Shown here: positions 1 through 8,001 of the stretch, one piece after another
How the letters are laid out: each line of letters opens with the position of its first letter
Numbering within the stretch: position 1 is the first letter of the stretch
Assembly: GCA_964384625.1 (NCBI GenBank)
Contig: CAYLNH010000009.1
Location: forward strand, 1-61,854
Origin: an uncultured Lentisphaerales bacterium
GTDB lineage: Bacteria; Verrucomicrobiota; Lentisphaeria; JABSQK01
Length of the DNA: 61,854 nucleotides
Direction of reading: 5' to 3'
The notes under the pieces: generated by a model
Database searches by the model: none
Seen by the model: the letters and a program-made list of their open reading frames with translations, nothing else
Told to the model about the DNA's origin: nothing
Made by a program: the position numbers and the translations under genes

Positions 1-70
1 TACACGGAAAAGACATTGCCTGTCCCAAGATCATCTTAATTCAGCGCCATTCGCCGCTAGTCCCGTGGAA
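1..70. repeat. Copy 1 of a roughly 65-nt repeated element. It is truncated by the window edge and shares an identical 26-nt core (tacacggaaaagacattgcctgtccc) with 7923..7948.
   Basis: Exact 26-mer identity with 7923..7948, followed by about 45 nt of roughly 75-80% similarity (ttcagcgccattcgccgctagtccc versus gtcaggccattctgcggtagccccc). Lies immediately 3' of the minus-strand proA stop. Confidence 0.7.
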
Positions 71-126
71 TACCGGGGTGCGGAACCGTTGGAGTTCCGG
101 CTGATCGAACGGTTCCCGGGCCGCGA

Positions 127-1452
127 TTACTGCGGCCACTGATCCTGCAGCGCCTGGTGCGTGTAGGAACAGGTTGGCGTCTCCCCCTCGAAATCGTCGA
201 CGCAATGGCCGTCGCCTTCCACGATGTACTTGTAGATGGTCAGGCCTTCGAGGCCGACCGGACCGCGGCTGTGCAGGCGGCTCGTGCTGATTCCCACTTC
301 GGCGCCGAGGCCGTAACGAAAGCCGTCGGCAAACCGCGTACTGGCATTGTGCATGACGGAGGAGGAATCCACAGCCCGCAGAAACTGCCGCGCGGCAACC
401 TTGTCCTCGGTCAAGATCGTGTCGGTATGGTGACTGCCGTAGCGGTTGATATGCTGCACCGCCGCATCCAGGGAGTCGACGATTTTGACGGCGAGAATGT
501 AGTCCAGATACTCGGTGCCCCAGTCCTCGTCGGTTGCGGGTTCGGCCGCGGCAACCAGTTCACAGGTGCGGCGATCGCCGCGCAACGTCACGCCTTTCTC
601 CTTGAGCGCCGGCGCCGCCTGGTTCAGGAAGTCCGCGGCGATGCTCTCGTGGATCAGCAGCGTCTCCGCCGCATTGCAGACAGAGACGTACTGCGTCTTG
701 GCGTCGACCGCCACGCGGACGGCTTTGTTCAGATCCGCCGCGGCATCAACATAAACGTGGCAGATGCCGTCGGCATGGCCCATGACCGGGATGTTCGTGT
801 GATCCATGATGTAACGGACAAACTCATTGGAACCGCGGGGGATGATCAGATCGATGTCATGGTCGAGCGACAGAATCGCGTTCACATCTTCCCGGGTCTC
901 CATCAGCGCGATCCAGCCGTCGGGGATGCCGTCGACGGCGGCTGTGGCAGCGGCGATGACGTCCGCCAGAACCCGGTTGGTGTGGGCGGCTTCGCGGCCG
1001 CCTTTGAGCAGTACGGCATTGCCGGACTTCAGACAGAGCGCGGCAATCTGGACCAGCGCGTCCGGGCGCGATTCGAAAATGACGCCGATGACGCCGATCG
1101 GCACGGACACCTGAAACAGCCGCAGCCCCCGGCCGATCTCCGTCGCGCTCCGGGTCCGACCCAATGGATCTGCCTGGTCCTTGACGCTGTGAACCATCGC
1201 CAATACCGCGTCGAATTTCTTGCCGGCGAGTTTCAGACGCTTGAGCAACGGGGCCTCGAGTTCACCTTTGGCGACGAGGTCTTCTGCTGTTTTCACGTCC
1301 TGTTCATTGGCGTCGAGGATCTTCTTCTGTTCGTGCCGCAGGCCGGCGGCGAGCGCCTCCAGAGCCTGGTTGCGGGTCCCGGTATCGGCGGTGGCCAGGG
1401 TCTGTGCCGCAGTCCGGGCCTGCCGCGCTTTGGCCTGCATATCGTTTGCCAT
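127..1452 (-). CDS. proA: Gamma-glutamyl phosphate reductase
   Basis: Translation MANDMQAKARQARTAAQ... with the catalytic block VSVCNAAETLLIH and GHADGICHVYVD typical of ProA, about 441 aa. The ORF-track N-terminal extension (Arg/Ser-rich) was rejected. The ATG at 1450-1452 gives the MANDMQ start. Confidence 0.85.
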   Translation of the reverse strand: MANDMQAKARQARTAAQTLATADTGTRNQALEALAAGLRHEQKKILDANEQDVKTAEDLVAKGELEAPLLKRLKLAGKKFDAVLAMVHSVKDQADPLGRTRSATEIGRGLRLFQVSVPIGVIGVIFESRPDALVQIAALCLKSGNAVLLKGGREAAHTNRVLADVIAAATAAVDGIPDGWIALMETREDVNAILSLDHDIDLIIPRGSNEFVRYIMDHTNIPVMGHADGICHVYVDAAADLNKAVRVAVDAKTQYVSVCNAAETLLIHESIAADFLNQAAPALKEKGVTLRGDRRTCELVAAAEPATDEDWGTEYLDYILAVKIVDSLDAAVQHINRYGSHHTDTILTEDKVAARQFLRAVDSSSVMHNASTRFADGFRYGLGAEVGISTSRLHSRGPVGLEGLTIYKYIVEGDGHCVDDFEGETPTCSYTHQALQDQWPQ

Positions 1453-1630
1453 CGGTATGAATCTCTTGCTGTAATCGTTGGGGTGAAGGCAAAGAGTAGC
1501 GGCGTCCCGGGGGATTTTCAATCCATCCATCCTGCAACTCGCCGCCGGCAGGCCGGGCGCCGCCGGGCACATGCCGTTCCGTTTTGCCGCAACCACATCG
1601 ACCTGCTGCTGCGATCGACGTTTCCGGCGT

Positions 1631-2782
1631 TCACCATTTGGGATAGCTGTATACCAGGATATGCTGCTCGCCCCAGAGGATGCGGTCGGGGGTTTTCGGG
1701 AAGACGTCCTGCTTGAGGTCCAGGCCGCGCACGCCTTCGAGGCGATGGCTGACCGTCGCCAGTTCCGCGCGGTTGTTGCAGGCGACAATCTGGACGATAT
1801 CGCCGCCGAACGGCGCACCGATGCGGTACTTGAAGCCGGCCTTGTCCCCGGGGATCGTGATGATCCTGTTTTTCTGCACCTTCGTATCGGCATTGTGCCG
1901 GTTTGGAAACAGCCTGGAGGTCGTGCCGTCGATCTGATGGCAGAAGATGGCGATGTGACAGTCGCGGTCGACGCGGACGCGATAGCGGATTTCTTCGCCG
2001 CCGAGAAAGTGGTTGCGGCCGCCTTCGACCCAGATCTCCGCTTTGATCTTGCGGTTGGCCAGGTTCTTGTTTACCTGCGCCAGTTTGTTCAGGTTCAGTT
2101 TGCGGTTGCCGATATTCTGTGGCTGGAAGAAGTCTTCCCGGTTCTGCGGCGTAACCGCCTCCTGCGGTTTGCTTGCCGCCCGCCTGAGGACCTCCTGCGG
2201 CACATCCCCGACCACCGTTACCTGTTCGCCGCCGTTGAGCAGGCTCAACGTGACCGACAACGAAACGGTTTTCTCTTTGTGCGTGTAACGGCCGTCCAAC
2301 AGGGCGTCAACGCCTTTGACGTTGATCTTGACGATGGTATGCGGATCGATCAGGTTCGAGCTCTGCAGCTCCTTTTCCTGGACCATCTTCTCGAGATGCT
2401 TGCGGCCGATGACCGTCAGAGTCTTCGATGTGCCCAGGGCCTCGCGCAGTCTGTCCTCGAGCATCCGCGACACGGTGCTGATGCCTTCGCTGCCCTGGTT
2501 GGCACAGGGGAAATCGCCGACCATGACGCGCAGCTCTGCCCTGGCGAGTTTGTCTTTGGCCTGCTCCTCCAGGCGGGTGACCAGGTCGGCGTATGGATCG
2601 CCGGCGAAAGCGCCGGCGGCAAGGAGGAGTACAGCGAAGGCAAACAGCCAGGTCCCATGCCTCGCCGCTGCAGCGTTCTGGAGCACAGACCTGCTCGGCC
2701 GCGAGGCAGTACCCCGGGCTGGCATCTTACGCCCCCCTGATGCTGCCGGATTTCGGGTTGTCGTCGGCATAGCGGTTGTCAT
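1631..2782 (-). CDS. Secreted protein with a CsgG/FlgO-like N-terminal domain and a DUF4384-like C-terminal region. The start could instead be the internal Met at 2725.
   Basis: Signal-peptide-like stretch WLFAFAVLLLAAGAFAG. The segment RLREALGTSKTLTVIGRKHLEKMVQEKELQSSNLIDPHTIVKINVKGVDALLDGRY matches the CsgG-family pattern (repeat ... LD.I..E..LQ.SG..D..T...G..LGADY). Family assignment is from memory. Confidence 0.55.
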   Translation of the reverse strand: MTTAMPTTTRNPAASGGRKMPARGTASRPSRSVLQNAAAARHGTWLFAFAVLLLAAGAFAGDPYADLVTRLEEQAKDKLARAELRVMVGDFPCANQGSEGISTVSRMLEDRLREALGTSKTLTVIGRKHLEKMVQEKELQSSNLIDPHTIVKINVKGVDALLDGRYTHKEKTVSLSVTLSLLNGGEQVTVVGDVPQEVLRRAASKPQEAVTPQNREDFFQPQNIGNRKLNLNKLAQVNKNLANRKIKAEIWVEGGRNHFLGGEEIRYRVRVDRDCHIAIFCHQIDGTTSRLFPNRHNADTKVQKNRIITIPGDKAGFKYRIGAPFGGDIVQIVACNNRAELATVSHRLEGVRGLDLKQDVFPKTPDRILWGEQHILVYSYPKW

Positions 2783-2815
2783 TCCATTTTCGGTTTGAGT
2801 CGGCTGTATCCGGCA

Positions 2816-3901
2816 TTATGCATCACTCACAAAGAACAGGCAGTGGTCGGCAATCTGGAGGCAGTCGCCGGGATACAGGGGCCATTCGCCGACGCGCCGG
2901 CCGTTGCGCCAGAGGCCGTTCGTACTGCCTTCGTCGCGGACCAGCCAACCGTCGTCGGTGCGTTCGATGCTCGCGTGAGTTGCGGAAACACCGTCGCCGG
3001 CCAACTGGAGGTCACACGTGCCGCCGCTGCCGATCACAATGTTGTCCGCCAGGGGGTGCCACTGCGATTCCCGGTCGGACACGGTCAACAGCCATTCGCC
3101 GGTGTCCGGGGCGGGGTTCTTCTGGAGGATACTCTGCAGTGCACTCATCTTTTCGAACACCGGGGCTTCCGGTTCGGCAATGACCATCGTGTCCCGCAGC
3201 TCCTTGCGGGAGGTGATGTAATCTTCGAGGACCCCTTTGAGTTTCCTGCGGGCCGCGGCGTCGCTCGCCAGGTCCGGGCTGAAGTCGTGCAGGCCCTCCA
3301 GCAGCCGGACGAACTCCTCGCGCAGGAGATCAAGGAAACTGCTCTTATGCTGGAAGATCGTGCCGACGCGGATACCCATGTCCGCACTCACTTTGTCGAC
3401 GGGTTCCTCGTAGATGACGTACCGGCGGAAAGACTCGTACTTCTCGGGTTTCACGCGCTTGCGGGCGGCATCGAGGGCGCTGTCGAGGATGTGGTTCAGC
3501 CAGATCCGGTCCATGGCGGCTTCGCGTTCGGAATCCGGGCTGACCTGTTCTTTCGAATGCGGCGAGTCGAGCTTCCAGCGATCGGGATCCGGATCATTGT
3601 CGGGGCGTTCGGCGTGTTTCATTTCCCAGCGGATATAGTCGCGGACCCGGCATTGGACGATCGTCTTGAGCCATTTGCGGAAAGACCCGGGATCGCCGGT
3701 GTGCCGGAACTTCGACAGGTTGCGCAGCAGTGACAGCACGGTGTTCTGGAAGATATCCTCCGCCACCGAATCACTGCAGCCGAACATCCGGGCCCAGGAG
3801 GTGATCAGGCCCCAGTAGAACCGTTTGAACTCCTCCCAGTCGGCTTCGTCGCCGCCGGCCTGGAGTCGCATCAGCAGGGTTTGTCGAGTTACGTCAGACA
3901 C
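2816..3901 (-). CDS. ECF-type sigma-70 factor with a C-terminal FHA domain
   Basis: The N-terminus has sigma-70 region 2 (DWEEFKRFYWGLITSWARMFG ... AEDIFQNTVLSLLRNLSKF) and region 4-like helices. The C-terminal 90 aa (WLLTVSD...IVIGSGGTCDLQLAGDGVSATHASIERTDDGWLVRDEGSTNGLWRNGRRV) is a typical FHA phosphothreonine-binding fold. Confidence 0.75.
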   Translation of the reverse strand: MSDVTRQTLLMRLQAGGDEADWEEFKRFYWGLITSWARMFGCSDSVAEDIFQNTVLSLLRNLSKFRHTGDPGSFRKWLKTIVQCRVRDYIRWEMKHAERPDNDPDPDRWKLDSPHSKEQVSPDSEREAAMDRIWLNHILDSALDAARKRVKPEKYESFRRYVIYEEPVDKVSADMGIRVGTIFQHKSSFLDLLREEFVRLLEGLHDFSPDLASDAAARRKLKGVLEDYITSRKELRDTMVIAEPEAPVFEKMSALQSILQKNPAPDTGEWLLTVSDRESQWHPLADNIVIGSGGTCDLQLAGDGVSATHASIERTDDGWLVRDEGSTNGLWRNGRRVGEWPLYPGDCLQIADHCLFFVSDA

Positions 3902-4040
3902 AGGGTCAGAATTCAGGGTTTCCGCCGGCGGCGGACCAGCCCGCGGCCGGCAGGGTTCAGGAAACGGCAGTCAGCTCCATGGGAACGACGGAACCGGGAA
4001 AATCCGGTTGTCTCACAAGCACGTGTCACAATTATTCCAA

Positions 4041-5345
4041 TCAAGCAGCCTTCTTTGGTTTACGGAGGAGGATGAGTCCACCGACCACAGCAATGATGCC
4101 GCCGACAATCAGCGGCCAACGCCACGGCGAACCGGTTTTGTCGAGCTTGGACGAACCGGAGCCCGGGAATATTCGCCGGATGCCGCTGATTGTCGAGCTC
4201 TCAACCGGTACCATCAAGATGTAGCCGGAGGTCCGCTGGTCAAGCTGATGCCGGGGCAGGACTGCCTTGATCACATCGCTCAGCTGCGACGTGTCCAGGC
4301 GGCTTTCAAGCGCCAGCGTCGAAATCAGCTTCGCATCGAACTCGCGCTGGTACACCTGGCCGATGCCGGCCGTGCCCCTGAGGACGTGTGTGAGCTGGTC
4401 GAACTCCGCCCGGGTCACACCCGTAAGCTCCACCTCGACCTTGCGGCCGAGGTCCAGTTCCGTCATCCAGCGGACAATGATCTTGCGCAGGAGGTCCCCG
4501 GCGGATGCCTTCCGGGTATCCGGGACCTTGCCCTGCAGGTAGCGGGTGACGCAATCCACGGCACCGGCCGCACCGGCAACGTCGGTGGTCAGCGTCGTTG
4601 CCGGCGGCGAGATTTCGGCGATGGTCTCACCGGTATCGGCCCAGATTGCGGAGAGCTCGGCGGCAACGCCAAAACGATTCAGCTCGACGCCGTAGACCTT
4701 TGTCCGGCCCTTTGGTGAAACCTTGATCTTCGCCCGGATCAGGACGTCGTAAGGCAGGGAGGTCTCGGCCCGGCGGCCGCCCGCCAGGCGTTTGGAGCCC
4801 GTGAGGCGATCGCGTTCGGCGCGACGGCCGGCGGCCGAATTCGCGGTGTCGAGATCCTTGACGTGAAGTTGATGGGCCAGCGCCAACTCCCGCAGCGCCC
4901 CGCGGACGTCGACTGTGCTGTCGACGCCGTCGAGCTCGGTCTGGATTGCGACGCGCGGGGACTGCTTGCGCTTGATCAGCAGCGCCAGAATGTCCTGCTG
5001 CGACGTGAACTCGTCCGTATCGCTGACGTTTGCCTTCACCGTGACGCGATAGATGCCGTCGTCGCCGTAGCCCTGGGAGACGATCTCGTAGCGCCGGACA
5101 AACCCGAAGGCCCGGGTGAACACCAGGTCGTACTCGGCCGCGAAATCCCGGGTGCCGGTAAGCGACGTCACCCTGGTACCGATGCCCTGGCGGACGGCCT
5201 GGCGCAGCGCGTCGGCCAACGCGATCTCACGAGCTTTGGCGGCGTTCGCCGCCGTTGCCCGGCCGGTAGCCGTGAGTGCCACGTCCCGGGCGCCGACCGG
5301 AACGATCAGACCGGCGACGACGACGATGCGCAGAAGTGCTTTCAC
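4041..5345 (-). CDS. Secreted or membrane-anchored protein with an LPP20/FlgP-like domain and a C-terminal TM helix. A GTG start is proposed.
   Basis: Signal peptide VKALLRIVVVAGLIVPVGA. The domain AAKAREIALADALRQAVRQGIGTRVTSLTGTRDFAAEYDLVFTRAFGFVRRYEIVSQGYGDDGIYRVTVKANV fits the LPP20 pattern. The C-terminus WPLIVGGIIAVVGGLILL is a TM anchor. The ORF-track N-terminal 45 aa (KTPFNKTPFN) is translation of a tandem DNA repeat, so I place the start at the GTG (cac on the plus strand at 5343-5345). Confidence 0.5.
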   Translation of the reverse strand: MKALLRIVVVAGLIVPVGARDVALTATGRATAANAAKAREIALADALRQAVRQGIGTRVTSLTGTRDFAAEYDLVFTRAFGFVRRYEIVSQGYGDDGIYRVTVKANVSDTDEFTSQQDILALLIKRKQSPRVAIQTELDGVDSTVDVRGALRELALAHQLHVKDLDTANSAAGRRAERDRLTGSKRLAGGRRAETSLPYDVLIRAKIKVSPKGRTKVYGVELNRFGVAAELSAIWADTGETIAEISPPATTLTTDVAGAAGAVDCVTRYLQGKVPDTRKASAGDLLRKIIVRWMTELDLGRKVEVELTGVTRAEFDQLTHVLRGTAGIGQVYQREFDAKLISTLALESRLDTSQLSDVIKAVLPRHQLDQRTSGYILMVPVESSTISGIRRIFPGSGSSKLDKTGSPWRWPLIVGGIIAVVGGLILLRKPKKAA

Positions 5346-5361
5346 AGGACTGTTCCTGACG

Positions 5362-5391
5362 TTGAATGGGGTTTTGTTGAATGGGGTTTTG
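5362..5391. repeat. 15-bp direct tandem repeat, two copies (ttgaatggggttttg x2), in the 5' leader of the gene at 4041..5345
   Basis: Seen directly: cgTTGAATGGGGTTTTGTTGAATGGGGTTTTGtaatg. Confidence 0.8.
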
Positions 5392-5439
5392 TAATGTAAC
5401 ACGGGCGCCTCACCTGTGTAGTTGTTTTCCCCGGCGCTC

Positions 5440-6246
5440 TCACGGTTTGTTCGGTTCCACAGTTCGTTCCGGGGCAACACCGAAGCCGGTCACGGAATAC
5501 GTCTGTTCAACCGTCGGCAGGTCCGCCTGCAGCAGGCGCTCGGCGGTTGCCGCATCGACTTCGGCCACCGCCAGCAGGCGCTTGAGTGCCTGGGGCACTT
5601 CCTGCGTGCGCAGCCTGACGGTGACGGCGCAGCTGCCGTCACTGCGGTAGACCACGTCGGTCGGCTGCAGTCCGCGAATCCAGGTGTTGACACCGGTACG
5701 GATGACGTCGTGGTGAAGCAGGAGGTCCTTGACGGTGGTTCTGGTCCCGAGCTTCAGCCCGGCCAATCGTTCGGCCATCTTACGGGCGGCATCGACTTCT
5801 GCCGCACGTTTCGCGAGAATTCTGGCTGCTCCCGGCGTTCCCGGGAGCGCCCCGTTGCCGGTGGCGGCGACCAACTGCGCCCGACGATCTTTGCCGACGA
5901 CTTTGACGCCGCAGGTCACATAGACGATGCCGGTTGCAGTATATGTCGGCGGATCGAGACGGACGGCGCCTTTGAGCCGGGCAGTCACAGCGCTGGTAAC
6001 GGCACCCTTGACCGACTGCAGGTTTTCGACCTTCGCTTTTCCAGTCAGCTGCCGGCCGAAGATCCGTTCCACGAGCCGTCGGCGGGCGTCGATCTCAGCC
6101 ACCCGCAAAGCAGCCAGCCTGGCCCTGGGCCCGGCATCCTGCCAGACTCGGGGGAGGTCGAGGGCTTCGTCGCGCGGCATCTGGCCGCAGACAGATCCTG
6201 CCAGGCCAAGCAGCAACAGCGCGCCAACAAGAACGATGCGAGTCAT
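5440..6246 (-). CDS. Secreted protein with two tandem LPP20/FlgP-like domains
   Basis: Signal peptide MTRIVLVGALLLLGLAGSVCG. Two repeats: ARLAALRVAEIDARRRLVERIFG...TATGIVYVTCGVKVV and ARILAKRAAEVDAARKMAERLAGLKLGTRTTVKDLLLHHDVIRTGVNTWIRGLQPTDVVYRSDGSCAVTVRLRT. The second matches FlgP/LPP20 (AKRAAE.DAYRKLAE...V.S.T.V.D....I.T.V.G.L.GA.....DG...V.L). The upstream 118 aa of the track ORF (Arg-rich) was rejected. Confidence 0.6.
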   Translation of the reverse strand: MTRIVLVGALLLLGLAGSVCGQMPRDEALDLPRVWQDAGPRARLAALRVAEIDARRRLVERIFGRQLTGKAKVENLQSVKGAVTSAVTARLKGAVRLDPPTYTATGIVYVTCGVKVVGKDRRAQLVAATGNGALPGTPGAARILAKRAAEVDAARKMAERLAGLKLGTRTTVKDLLLHHDVIRTGVNTWIRGLQPTDVVYRSDGSCAVTVRLRTQEVPQALKRLLAVAEVDAATAERLLQADLPTVEQTYSVTGFGVAPERTVEPNKP

Positions 6247-6547
6247 CGGGGGTGATCTCCAGTTCAGCTCGTGGAGTAATCGCGAACCGGCAGGAGATCT
6301 CACGCCCCCGACCGCCGCGGCTGTGGAACACATGATTGACGTTGTGAACCGCGGCGATGACGTTTCTCGGGGGGAGATCAGCACTTCCCGGCGCCGCCCT
6401 CGACCGGCAGGCTGCTGCCCGTTCATGCCGCCCGCGGCGACCGTGGAGCGACGAGTTCGACAGCGTGACCGCCGGAATGTGCCCCCCTCATGCGCTGGAC
6501 TTTGCCGGAACCGCTCCCCGAGGACGGGCGACGGCTGCCGGGAAACG

Positions 6548-7579
6548 TTAATCCGTTTTCTCGGGCTGCAAGGTCTGCAGTTCTTCCTCGAGGTCTTCAA
6601 TCAGGTCTGCGGCCGTCTTGATCGCGTTCTTGAGTTCGTGGATGCGGCTTCGTGCCCGGTTGTATTTCTTCGTGAAACGCTTCGCCGCTTCCTTGCGGTA
6701 TTCCTGTTTCTTCAGTTCGAACTCGAGATCTTTCTTCTTGTTCTTGAGGTCTTTGAGCCGGGCCTCCACTTTGCCCCGGCGGCGATCGTCCTTGAGCTCT
6801 TGCGCCCGTTGACGCTGGGCCTCTTCTTCTTCGGCCCGAATCCGGGCGCGCTCGTCGGCGATCTCCTTGCGTTTCTCGGCGTGCTCCTTCATCTCTTCAA
6901 CGCGTTTCTGTCCGGCCAGCCAGGTGCGGTAGGCATGGCTGCTGCCGGCCATCACCGGGACGTAGGCGCGCGGGTTGGAGCGGATGGCTTCGCGGAACGC
7001 TTTGTAGTTGGTGATCGCGAAGTAGGCGGCGCACATATGGGCTTTGCGGCCGTCGCCCAGATCGAAGCGGGTCTTGCTGACAGGCCGCAGTTCGCCCTCA
7101 AACGCCCGACCCTTCCGATAACGCCGCGTCGGTATCTTGACCGCATACACCTTGTCCACGTCGGTCACCACCATCAGCTCATCCGTGATGACGCTGTCGA
7201 CCTTGCCCTTGACGCGTCGCAGGCTCTTGTCGCGCTGCAGCAGGTTCTTGTCGTGGTCCCAGACATATCCGGCGCGGGCCACCTGGAAGGACGCCCAGAC
7301 CACGCGGCGGTCAAAGCTCAGCAAGTGTGCCAGGTCCTGGGCGTTCAGGTTTTTGAGCGGCACGCGAAAGGGCTCTTCCGGGTTGTCCCCACAGATCTCC
7401 ACATGGCCCTTGTCGATGCGCCAGAACTTCCCGGTCCACGTCTGTTTACCATCCAGACTGTTCCATTTGCGGACGACTTCGCCGCGGCCGGGGCGTTCGT
7501 CTTCGGGCGGCGGCTTTTCGTCCTGGGCCCGCAGCGCCAGGCCGCTGCAGAACAGCACAAGCATCAGCAGCGTACGCAT
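6548..7579 (-). CDS. Secreted hypothetical protein with a C-terminal lysine/glutamate-rich coiled coil
   Basis: N-terminal signal peptide MRTLLMLVLFCSGLALRAQ. The C-terminal 120 aa is KEIADERARIRAEEEEAQRQRAQELKDDRRRGKVEARLKDLKNKKKDLEFELKKQEYRK, with heptad-like charge periodicity. No family recognised. Confidence 0.5.
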   Translation of the reverse strand: MRTLLMLVLFCSGLALRAQDEKPPPEDERPGRGEVVRKWNSLDGKQTWTGKFWRIDKGHVEICGDNPEEPFRVPLKNLNAQDLAHLLSFDRRVVWASFQVARAGYVWDHDKNLLQRDKSLRRVKGKVDSVITDELMVVTDVDKVYAVKIPTRRYRKGRAFEGELRPVSKTRFDLGDGRKAHMCAAYFAITNYKAFREAIRSNPRAYVPVMAGSSHAYRTWLAGQKRVEEMKEHAEKRKEIADERARIRAEEEEAQRQRAQELKDDRRRGKVEARLKDLKNKKKDLEFELKKQEYRKEAAKRFTKKYNRARSRIHELKNAIKTAADLIEDLEEELQTLQPEKTD

Positions 7580-7922
7580 GACTTATCCTCCAGTTTGACC
7601 GGCATTCCGTTCCGGTTGGGCTTTGATAAGATAATGCCGCTGTGGCGCCGGAGCAACAGCCAATACCGTATTGCAGGTCAACGGGGTTTGCGTTGTAAGG
7701 ACAAAGATGCGGCGCCGGCAACGCTCTCCGACGTTTCCGTAGTCAAAGAATAGCCGGCTACAGCATTCTTGACCAATACCGCAGCCGCTGATCCAGCACA
7801 GCCGACGGCAACGCCTTCAGCGTGCGGAGTGCCGGCTGCAGTCGGAAGTGCGGCAGCCCCTTCAGGGCGCAGAGGCTCAAGCAGAGGCGCAGTAAATCAA
7901 CGGTCCCCGAAGCGGGTACTTA

Positions 7923-7990
7923 TACACGGAAAAGACATTGCCTGTCCCGAATACGCCTGAAGTCAGGCCATTCTGCGGTAGCCCCCTTGG
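7923..7990. repeat. Copy 2 of the roughly 65-nt repeated element (same 26-nt core as positions 1..26)
   Basis: Exact match of tacacggaaaagacattgcctgtccc, and the downstream sequence gaatacgcctgaagtcaggccattctgcggtagccccc is similar to copy 1. Located 3' of the minus-strand tsaD stop. Contains the hairpin gcctga-ag-tcaggc. Confidence 0.7.
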
Positions 7991-8001
7991 AGCCGGCGCC
8001 T

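Noticed and set aside
127-1893. Extended 588-aa version of proA
   Set aside because: The first 147 codons are Arg/Ser/Thr-rich with no homology. ProA similarity begins at MANDMQ (1452), so the gene was trimmed there.
5927-7753. 608-aa plus-strand ORF overlapping two minus-strand genes
   Set aside because: Low-complexity Arg/Pro/Ala-rich translation with no domain signatures. It is antisense to well-supported signal-peptide proteins (5440..6246, 6548..7579). This is a typical high-GC antisense artefact.
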